Source: Lytechinus pictus | Lineage: Eukaryota | NCBI RefSeq assembly: GCF_037042905.1 | Contig: NC_087251.1 | Location: forward strand, 37,326,001 to 37,390,000 | Length of the DNA stretch: 64,000 bases | Direction of reading: 5' to 3' | Part shown: in pieces, positions 15,401-27,400 of the stretch | Layout: each line of letters starts with the position of its first letter | Position numbering within the stretch: the first letter of the stretch is position 1 | The notes under the pieces: generated by a model | Databases searched by the model: none | Seen by the model: only the letters and a program-made list of their open reading frames with translations | Told to the model about the DNA's origin: nothing | Program-made: the position numbers and the translations under genes

Positions 15401-18400
15401 GGATAAATATTTTTCATTCCATGTATTGTTTCTGCAACTTTTCATATAGAAAATAACAAAGAAAATACATAGTACATTACAAAATATTCAAGAATGAAAA
15501 AATATGAACATGTTTGTATTATCTATAACATAATGATTTAAGAAGGTTGAAGGGGTTGCCACTATAACCTAAGCTTGACTGTAAATGTGGCAACTCCGGA
15601 AAACAATTACAAATTACCTTTAATAATACTAGTACTACATGTATATCATGTTAAAGGAAGGAAACATTTTATATTTTTTTCAATTTCAATTCTGTTTATT
15701 ATATTAACACATTCTGAAGACAACTTTACAAAATATTATGAATATATAAAGCAAAAATAATTGCTGTTTAAAGGTTGTAATCAAACCTTAGGCAATTATA
15801 CTCCTAGGGAGAATTTATCATCAATCAAACTTTTTTTCAACTCCTTTCAGCATGTTCCAAACACAATGAGATTTACATTACAATTTATTAGGAATGAAAT
15901 ACTTGAAACATATAGCACATGTAAAAAAAAGAAGGTTACATCACAATGAACTCCTTGAATTTGAAAAGAATGAACTCACACCCAGGGAATAAGTTTGCTT
16001 CGAAATTTGATAATACCGAGTTCCCACTGTCACGATTTTAGCCACGACTGAAACGGTGGTCTTATTCATGGTGTAATCGTAGTGATTGTATCAGATCAGT
16101 TTTGGCAATCATATTGATCGTAGAAAAAAATTAATTGGTTGAAAAATTTTCCTGATCAGTTACAAAGGGTCAATCGTGGCATTCATAACGGATCGCACGA
16201 CAGTGGGGACGAGGTATGAGCATTTTTGGTCATTAGAGAAAAGTTCTTAAAAGGTGTCTGTACTGTACAGTCCTATGTAAAAATCTGCTACAAAAAGACT
16301 TTTATGTAGCAGCCTTCAAATAATGTGGACAAAATTATGATGCAATACCAGGAAAATTATTCCCTGCACACTATAGATCTTATCATAATACCTCATTCCC
16401 ATCGTCATGCGATCTGTTAGAATTGGCTGTTTGTAGCCGATCAACAAAATTTTTTAGCCATCCCAAATTGTTTTCTTCAATCAAAACAAATGCCACGACT
16501 GACCACAATATCTGATAAGATCTGCCACAAACACGACAATTACTCCACAATACTGGGCCCCGTCTTACAAAGAGTTATGATCGATCCATTCAATCGTAAC
16601 TCTATGGAAATCCATCAGTGTCATAATTTCTTCTTCTAAAATGTCCTTTGTAAACAAAGGAGAACACATCAAATTGTCAAGAAATCAATGAATTTATGGA
16701 TATACATTCATATCTATTTCTAGCTTATACACTCATTTGTACTATGTCGATTAGATGCTGGAAATGCTCTTCTTTTTAACATAACCTCACGCTATGTCAA
16801 TAAACTTCAGTATGCTCAGAATACAGCTGCCAGGGTTTTAACCGGTACATCAAAATATGAACACATTTCACCAATTCTCCAAAAGTTACATTGGTTGCCA
16901 ATCCGGAAGCGTATAGAATTAAAAATACTTCTTCTTACTTGGAAAGTGTCAAATGGTTTGGCACCAACATATCTACAAGACCTTGTCATGCCTTATACAC
17001 CAGCTCGTAGCCTAAGACCATCACACCAGCAACTTCTTAAGACTCCCAAGACATGTGTAGCATATGGTGCGCGAGCTTTCTCTGCCTCAGCACCTTCTCT
17101 CTGGAATAATTTGCCCATATATTTAAGAATAATACCATCGCTGGAGACCTTCAAATCTAAACTGAAGTCTTATCTTTTCTAACAGTATTAGTTATTGGCA
17201 CTTTGACACTCATCCAAACTTTCTTTCTTTCTTTTCTTGTGCGCCTCGGAATAGAATATTTCTAGATAGATGGCGCTATATAAATGCCTATTATTATTAT
17301 TATTATCTAGAATTTTTTTTGTACAAACATGCATTTTACATGTTGACGTTGCTAGCCGTCCATAGTTGCGATTGATCTGATCAATCGTAACTCTTTGTAA
17401 GACGGGATGGAAATCCATCAGTGTCATAAATTTTTCTACAGGAAATTTGCACAATGTCCTTTGTATGCAAAGAGAAGCACAGTAAATTAAAAAAAAACAG
17501 TTAATGCATGAATATACATCATAGCAAGAAAATATTTTGAAAAAGCATGCATAATACATGTTGACGTTGCTGGCCGTCCATAGTTGCGATTGATCGGATC
17601 AATCGCAAATCTTGGTAAGACGGGGCCCAGTTTCAATCGTGCTACAAATTATAGCAGTGGGTACTAGGTATAACAAATAAATAAAATGATTTTATAGAAA
17701 GAAATTTTGAACACTTAAAGTACATGACAGTGGTGATTTCAAGTCCAGTGCTGGTGTTGGAAGCACAATTTTGATTACGTTTCCCAGCACCAAAACCTAT
17801 CTGAGTTTACACAAATAATCCATATTGCAATATTGACAGCTCAACACCTAGTGAGTGGCTTTTCAGGGCCATCTACATTTTGTGTCTTGTGTTATAGTCA
17901 TGTAAAAATTGACCTAACACCAACACCACAAGGTCAACACTGAATTTGAAATCACCCAGTGATTTTACATCCTTATAACTGAAATACTTACTTCATCAAT
18001 CTGATCATTGGCCAGATAAAGCTGGGTAAGCTGCTGTGCCCCTAGACTGCCTCGGCTCATCACCCCTAGTCCCATCTGTACCAATACAAGTGGTCCTCTG
18101 CAACATGAAGTAAAGTAATTTATTAAGGCCTGTATTCTGAAATGCAATTCAACTCAGGTCATGGTCTTAAACTCAGTGCCAAAATTATGGAAAGCCAAAA
18201 ATGTCAACATTTTGTGAATATTGTATGTTTCTTTTGCTCACTTTGTTCTTTTGTCATGCAATCATGGCAAAGAAAAGCAATTCAGTTATTCTTCCAAGAC
18301 ATTTATAAATGATCTACATGTAAATGTGACCGCACACCTTACGACTGGTCTGTGACCCGATTTTAGAATAAAATGTAGTAGTATTTGATGCTAATATTAA

Positions 18401-21400
18401 GACTTGGAATATCTTACTGTGTAATGATCTAAATCATCATACGAATACCTATGATCAAATTTGTGACTATGCTATCATCCTTCTTAGAATAAAAGTGAAT
18501 TTGATATCTAGTCGTAATGACGTCATAGCAGTCGTACGATTGGCTACGATTTGACACTAATTTGGACTTTACTCCAAAATAAGGGCTTGCAATCTTTATA
18601 AAATGGTTATAATATTATTATTTCAATTAATTTTAACCTCAAATAAAATGATATGTTCCATTCAGATCTTCAAAAAATGAGCAAAATGCAATTTGTTCCA
18701 AAATCGGGTCGCAGACCAGTCGTAAGGTGTGCGGTCGCCTTAAGTGTCAGATGAGCTGATTATCATAGTCAAACCACAACTTTGGACAAGAGTTCAAATT
18801 AAACTGAGTTCAGAATACCTAGCATAGAGTATACATAATGATGACGTCACAATTTTATTTGTCTGCATTTCATCCTTTTTTTCGTCATATCTCGAAGGAG
18901 CATAATGAAAACCTCCAAAGACCAAACTTGGTAGGAATCAGTTCTAGCAGGGCCCCTGCTATGACCACATGGATATCTAATTAGCTTTACTGAAGTCAAT
19001 GTAAAATTGGCCTGGTTTTTATTGTGCAGTATTGAGTAGAGTGCCTCCAACACTCATGATACAAACACACAACTAGGAAATTGAATACAAACATTAGCCA
19101 GACTTAAATCTTTGTGAAACATCCTCATAGGATATTACACCAACTTGAAGGTTGAACCTTACAGCGGTGCTATGAAATTAGTGAACCCCACCAGAAAGTG
19201 CACTCCTTTATGCTGAGTGTTGAATGTAGACAGCAACCCTACAATGTCCAGCAGCCCATAGAAACAAACTATATTGAATGTAATATTATATCACCTGACT
19301 TCACAATTAAATATCTAAAAGATGGCAGAATTTGAACACTTTTAAGTATGTTCATTTTCTGGTAGGGAACACTAACTTTTTTCCACCACTGTTATATGGT
19401 AGGTAGATATGCAAGACAAATAGCTACATATTATTATTTGAAAGTCATACACGTTGACAGTTGAATACACATTACCTATTGAGAGTAATCAGCATGGAGT
19501 CCTGAGCATCAGGAATGCTGTCCCAGGAACACGATGAGGATGCCCATGACAGATCTACAATATGGCTCTCGAGTCTACAAAAGGAAAACAAAATGATAAT
19601 CATAGCAGACATAGTTTCATCATTCATTTAACAAGTAAAATTTGCCAAGATGGCTCTCAAGTCTACAAAAGGAAAACAAAATGATAACCAGCAAAGACAG
19701 AGCTTCATTATTCATTTAACAAAATGGAGATCCCCAAGACAGATCTAAAATATGGCTCTCTAGTCTACAAAAGGAAAACAAAATGATAATCATAGCAGAC
19801 ATAGTTTCATCATTCATTTAACAAGAAAAATTCGCCAAGATGGCTCTCAAGTCTACAAAAGGAAAACAAAATGATAACCAGCAAAGACAGAGCTTCATTA
19901 TTCATTTAACAAAATGGAGATTCCCAAGACAGATCTAAAATATGGCTCTCGAGTCTACAAAAGGAAAACAAAATGATAATCATAGCAGACATAGTTTAAT
20001 CATTCATTTAACAAGAAAAATTTGCCAAGATGGCTCTCAAGTCTACAAAAGGAAAACAAAATTATAATCAGCAAAGACAGAGCTTCATTATTCATTTAAC
20101 AAAATGGAGATCCCCAAGACAGATCTAAAATATGGCTCTCGAGTCTATAAAAGGAAAACAAAATGATAATCATAGCAGACAGAGTTTCATCATTCATTTA
20201 ACAAGTAAAATTTGCCAAGATGGCTCTCAAGTCTACAAAAGGAAAACAAAATGATAATCAGCAAAGACAGAGCTTCATTATTCATTTAACAAAATGGAGA
20301 TCCCCAAGACAGATCTAAAATATGGCTCTCGAGTCTATAAAAGGAAAACAAAATGATAATCATAGCAGACATAGTTTCATCATTCATTTAACAAGAAAAA
20401 TTTGCCAAGATGGCTCTCAAGTCTACAAAAGGAAAACAAAATTATAATCAGCAAAGACAGAGCTTCATTATTCATTTAACAAAATGGAGATCCCCAAGAC
20501 AGATCTAAAATATGGCTCTCGAGTCTATAAAAGGAAAACAAAATGATAATCATAGCAGACATAGTTTAATCATTCATTTAACAAGTAAAATTTGCCAAGA
20601 TGGCTCTCAAGTCTACAAAAGGAAAACAAAATGATAATCAGCAAAGACAGAGCTTCATTATTCATTTAACAAAATGGAGATCCCCAAGACAGATCTAAAA
20701 TATGGCTCTCGAGTCTACAAAAGGAAAACAAAATGATAATCATAGCAGACATAGTTTAATCATTCATTTAACAAGTAAAATTTGCCAAGATGGCTCTCAA
20801 GTCTACAAAAGGAAAACAAAATGATAATCAGCAAAGACATAGTTTAATCATTCATTTAACAAGTAAAATTTGCCAAGATGGCTCTCAAGTCTACAAAAGG
20901 AAAACAAAATGATAATCAGCAAAGACAGAGCTTCATTATTCATTTAACAAAATGGAGATCCCAAGACAGATCTAAAATATGGCTCTCGAGTCTATAAAAG
21001 GAAAACAAAATGATAATCATAGCAGACATAGTTTCATCATTCATTTAACAAGTAAAATTTGCCAAGATGGCTCTCGAGTCTACAAAAGGAAAACAAAATG
21101 ATAATCATAGCAGACATAGTTTAATCATTCATTTAACAAGTAAAATTTGCCAAGATGGCTCTCAAGTCTACAAAAGGAAAACAAGGCAAAAGCAATTTTG
21201 TGTCTCGCCCACTTATGAAAATAACCAGAAATATTGTGATTTGCGAGGGCACGCAACAGAATTATATCAAAACTTCATTGTGGAATGACTTGGATGGAAT
21301 TACACTTGTCATAAGAGCCTTGCACGTAAACTTTAATGTTGACCTGAAAATGACCTTTGACCTTACCATGTGACCTCCGACTGCAGCATAACATGGAGGT

Positions 21401-24400
21401 CACCTATTAAAGTACATCTACCATCCAAGTTTTGTTAAAAAGTGACTTACGGTTGCGGAGTTAAGTGTCATAAGAGAGTCTTGCATGTAAACTTTAACGT
21501 TGACCTGAAAATGACCTTTGACCTTACCATGTGACCTCCAACTGTAGCATAACATGCAGGTCCCCCAAGTCCATCTACCATCCAAGTTTGGTTGAAAAGT
21601 GACTTACGGTTGCGAAGTTAGGTGTCATAAGAGAGTCTTGCATGTAAACTTTAACGTTGACCTGAAAATGACCTTTGACCTTATTATGTGACCTCCAACT
21701 TCAGCATAACATGCAGGTCCCCCAAGTCCATCTACCATCCAAGTTTGGTTGAAAAGCGACTTACGGTTGCGGAGTTAGGTGTCAGAAGAGAGTCTTGCAT
21801 GTAAACTTTAACGTTGACCTGCATGTAAACTTTAACGTTGACCTGAAAATGACCTTTGACCTTACCATGTGACCTTCGACTGCAGCAAAGCATGCAGGTC
21901 CCCCAAGTCCATCTACAATCAAGTTTGGTTGAAAAGCGACTTACAGTTGTGGAGTTATGTGTCATTAGGTTTGTGACGGACAGACGACGGACGACATTTG
22001 GATCCCTAAGTCTCGCCTTCACCTCTGGTGGGCGAGACAACAAAATGATAATCAGCAAAGACAGAGCTTCATTATTCATTTAACAAGATGGAGATCCCCA
22101 AGACAGATCTACAAGATGGCTCTCAAGTCTACAAAAGGAAAACAAAATGATGATCACAGACTTTCATTGTTGATACATAACAATAATAATAATAGTTGGT
22201 ATTTCTATAGTGCCTTTGCCATGAGATACAGTTGGGCTTTGAGATGCCATCCCTGGTCAGCTTAATAGATAAAATAGATACAACTTACAAGGCAATGACA
22301 GTCAATGTATATGTGATTACGATATTAGAATAGGTAGATCTTCCAAATTAAATCGAAGTGATCCAAGCCTGGGTGCAGTAGAGAAGAAAGCTGCATCCCA
22401 GCAAATTTGAAGGTGTATGGTAGAGTAAAGGTCAATGACAATGGAAGACAATTAATGCCATTTTAAACATACATCCCAGAAAAAACAAAAAAGAAATTAT
22501 CAATGCTTTATCTTAACTTAATCACAAATGTTAAGACCGTGTCAGCATATACCACGTTGTCACAATAACCACAAAGGAGGCGTATTCTAAAATTAGCTTC
22601 CTTTTAATACTTGGAAGTATCTCAGTAGCGGTGCTAGCTTGTAGCATATATTCAACAACTGTGTGTGAATCCTTCAGTTTTGTATTAAAAAACGAAGAAA
22701 ACTCGGGATCGACCAAGGTCGATGTACCTTCGAACGGTCTTGTTTTAGCTGTGACCTTGCTTTGACCTTGAAGGGTAATTAGTCTAAACTCAAGTACATG
22801 CAAAAAAACCAAACATTTCAAAAGGCAACAATATCTGAATATCAAAACTATGTCATTCTATGACATCCCAACCCCCTAAGCGTGACGGAATGTCACAAAT
22901 ACAACAATCAATTCTTGCGTTAAAACTTTGATAAAAAAGGTTCATTAAAATATAATTGTCCAATGTCCATCTTTTCATCTTTGGCATTTTGAATCATTAG
23001 GAGCAATTTGTCCAATGTCTTCATAATTGTCCTGTAATTAATATCATCGTTCTCAAAGTCTAAATGTCTGAACGTTCCTCTCGCTTCATCAGAGATACAA
23101 GTTTAGTGATGGGTCTGTTTGCACATGTGCCGTCTGCAAACTTCACTTCAACAATTCTTACCAGTCCATCTTGTCCAGGTTTGGTGTCTACTACTTCGGC
23201 CATCTTCCAAGACCCACGTCTTTTGTCATCACCGATGACAAGGACAATATCGTTCTTCTCTAAGTTCTCTGCAGAATGTTGCCACTTCTGACGTGGCGTC
23301 AACTTGTGGATGTAGCCAAGCCATCTATGCCAAAACCCGTCCACCATTTTATTGCAAAGTTCTCTACGTTTGCGTGGATCTCCTTTGTAGTCTTCACAAG
23401 GGATGTCTGGACAGGTCAATTCCCCTCTACCAATAAGAAAATGATTGGGGGTAATTGGAGGATGGTCCATGGGTGAGGAAGACATCGCAGTCAGGGGGCG
23501 GCTATTGATGAGACCTGAGATCCTGCAGAAGATGGTCTCCCATTCCACAAAGGTTAGACGATCCGCCTTCACAAGATGCCGCATAGCTTTCTTTACTTCC
23601 TGGACCATGCGCTCAACCGCTCCTTGGTGGTGAGGTCCTCCTGGTGGTCCGAACTTCCACTCGATTTTGAAACGTTGACAGTGCTCACGGACCTGTGTTT
23701 GGTTGAGTTTAAGATTCAGTTCATTGATTGTATTGTCAGCCCCTCGGAAACAAGTGGCATTGTCACTAACCATCATGGCAGGTGCTCCTCTAACACTGAC
23801 AAACCTTTCCAAGGCTTGAAGGAAAGCCTGAGTTGAGAGGTCCTGGACAACAGTCAAGTGGACAGCCCTGGTAACTGCACATGTGAATAAAGCACAGTAT
23901 CCTTTGGTCGTGGTATTACGATTCAGTTTCACCATTACTGGGCCTAGATAGTCTACCAAGGTGGTCTTGAAGGGTGGAGAACAAGGGCTGATCCGGAACT
24001 CTGGTAAATCGGCCATTCTCTGGTGTGCCGGTCTTCCTCTATATTGTCTGCAAGGGATGCAACAACGAACAACACGTCGTGCGATGTTCATGTCGCCTAC
24101 TATCCAATACCTCTTCCTGACCTCATTCGCAGTCCGCAAATGACCACCATGAAGGGCATGTAGATGTCTATCACGTACAAGGAGGAAGCTAATGTGGCTA
24201 TTCTTTGGCAGAAGATAAGGATGGCGAACATCATACGACAAAGGGGCCCTACCAAGACGTCCGCCAACACGATACACCTGTTGGTCCTCATCAAAGAATG
24301 GACTGAGTTTCTGTATATTGGGATCTTGGAAATCTATCCCTTTCTGTGCTTGCCTGACCCAATATAGCTCTGCTTCCTTGATCATTCTTTGGGATGGCCA

Positions 24401-27400
24401 TTCAGAGATCTGCCGGATGAGTTGCTTCAGCCATTGATTCCGTGGAAGCTCCTTGAGGGATAACACCCTGGCCGTGACCATCTGGAGTCTAGACCAACTA
24501 GAGAATTTGGTTGCATCAACAATCGGAGAATTCTTGGACACAGCATTCACAGATAATGCGAAAGTCTTGCTGTTTCGGGAGTGAAATTTCTTCCGTTCAG
24601 GATCTCCTGGTTTGACGGGAATGTTTTCAGGTGTCTTCGGCCATGATTGAGGAGGTAATCTCAAGAATCCTGGTCCATCAATGACCTCCTGCATGTCTGT
24701 GACATCGCCTCCTCTAGAAATGAGATCAGCTGCATTTTCATCTGTGGGAACGTAGGCGATATCACTGTAGGGGTCAAATTCAGAAGTGATCTCACCAACT
24801 CGATGGGCAACATATGAGCGGAAGGTTTTCGATTGCCCTCTTAGCCAACTTATCACCGTCATGCTGTCTGTCCATATCTTCCATCCTTCTATGTTGAGGC
24901 GTAGAGCACTTCGGATGGTGTACATCAATCTGGATAGAAGGAGAAGAGCTTGTAACTCCTTCCGAGGCATACTTGTTTGCTTTAGTGGCGTCACCCTAGA
25001 CCTGGCACAGACAAAGGATAAATGAGCTTGTTGACTGTCAGTATGGGACCATCTCAGCCAAACTGCGAAACCCATAGCGTCCTCCGATGCATCGCTAAAA
25101 CCATGCATATATGCTGTAGGTAGAGGTCTCTTTCCCCTGTAAGGCTCCGGTATCAGACATCTTGGAATCTCAATGCCATCCATTTTGTCAAGGTCTCTGT
25201 TAATCTTACTCATCATGGCATACAATTCACTGCTTTTGTCAATAGGGGAGTCCCAGTCAAGGTCTATTTGCCATAACATTTGAAGAAGAATCTTGGGGCG
25301 TACCAACAGACCAGAAAGCATTCCAAAAACATCGTAATAGGATGCCGTTTGAGCAAGAATCTTCCGTTTGGTCAGGGTAGTATCGTCAGAGGGTTTGACC
25401 TTCTTCACGCTCAGTGTATCCTTAGATAGATCCCAACTGGTTCCAAGAACTGTAGCAGTTTCAGTGTTTTCTGTCTCGTCACATACCTTTTTCACATTAG
25501 ATTGCCACTTCCTTATGTTGAAGTTTCCCTTCTTCAGCGTGTCCGTCAATTTAGACTTCAGCTCCAGAGCTTCCTCAGTGGTCCTGACTGACTCGTTCAG
25601 GTCGTCCATATAGAATTGCTCCGTGATTACTGTCTGTAGTTTGTCATCATCCGGTGCATGTTCGCTAGCCACATGTCTGAGAGTGACTATTGCTGCAGTA
25701 GGGGAGGGCTTGTCCCCAAATGTAACGGTCCTCAGTTCATAGACTTGCATTGGGTAATTTGGATTTTCTCTAAACACAAATCTGTGGAATCTAGCATCAT
25801 CTGGGGGAATCTTGATCGCCTGGAACATCTTCGAAATGTCAGCGATCACGCCCACTTCATTTTCACGAAACCGGAGGGCTACCTCAAACAAATTTGAGTT
25901 GACGTTCTCTCCTTTGATAAGATAATCATTCAGGGAATGTCCTTGAAATTTCGCCTTACCGTCATATACGACTCGGACTGGAGTAGTTTTTGAGTCTTTG
26001 ACAACTGCGAAGTGTGGAAGGAACCACATCTTGTTCCCTGTTTCCCTGTCTTGTTGCAACTCATCCTGCGTCACCAGCCGAGAGACACCCCTTTCCAGTT
26101 GATCCTTCATTTGCCGACAGTAGACCTCCCATTCCTTTGGGCGATTTCTGAACTGGTTCTCAAGGCTCTTCTGTCTCTTTACAGCGTACTCATAGTTATC
26201 TGGTAACCCTTCTGGAGATCGCTTCCAGGGTAAGCGGATCTCATAAGAACCATCTGGTAGTTGATTGACACTCTTCATCATGGATTCAGTAGCTCCTTTC
26301 TCATCATCAGAAATGCACTTGCATTTCCTGGGTTCCAAGCCAGCCGTCTCGAGTCCAATGAACTCCTCTAGGGATCCTGAAGCGACCACGTTAACGTAGT
26401 TAAGAAGTGGTGCTGTGTTAGAGGGACCTCCTTGAATAAACCAACCTAGGGGACATCTTACCGCAACTGGTTCATCGGGTCTGCCTCCTCTGATATATTC
26501 CTCCCAGACCATAAGGTGAGTATTGTCCACTCCAAGTAATAGATCAATTACTGGTGATGAGGCTTCATCAATATTTACACCTGTCAGGTGGTCATAGGAT
26601 TTCAGCTGCTCAGGAGTAATGACAGGTATATCTCCACAGGGTTTCTCGATCTCAATGGCTCTCAAGGGATATGAACAATTTCCTTGGCTATCCTCGATTT
26701 CACATTCCAGGATCCTCAGCTTGCGTTTGATGATGCTTCCACCTACAAGGCTCAGGTCATGGTCCTGGTAACAGTCGCCATCAATTCTGGAAAAGATTCC
26801 TGTTCTTACGAGGGTGGCCTGACTACCCCCATCTATCAGGATGCGTACAGGGTGTCGTTTGTTACCACATCGCAGAAAACCCATCACAGTTGGTAAGGTA
26901 GCCTGCAGTTTCCCTACTTCTGTGCTTGTAGAAGATTGAACTGAGCTGTTGGAATGCATGGGTCTCACAATGTCTTCTTGATTAGCACTGACTCTTCGAC
27001 TCTGATCTCTGGCATCATCATGGGCTTTGGTACAAATGGCGGGAAAGTGCTCATCACTACCACACATCTGGACTCGACATGGTGACCTGAACTGGCACTT
27101 ACTGTGGTCATAAGGTGGCTTGCCTGAGATACAGTTATTATGGCCACACCTGAAGCAGATGTTGTTAGACTTCATCACATCAAATTTCTCCTTTAGCGCA
27201 AGAGACCTGAATTTATTGCATGTTTTCAGATAATGAGATGAGGTCTTTGGGTGCAGAGGGCACTTTGGGATGTGTGCAGTTGATGTATCCTCCCTCGACA
27301 TGGCTGCGTTGAAGGACTTTGAAACTCTCTTTGTAGGTTCCAAGCTTTCAGATGTAGTAGATTTTGATTTCTCAATTAGGATGTGCTGTTGATATAGCCA

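Noticed and set aside
22531..22845. Identical 104-aa ORFs (also 28325..28639) as an env or accessory gene
   Set aside because: They lie wholly within the LTRs, start at TTG and have no recognisable domain; their identity just reflects LTR identity.
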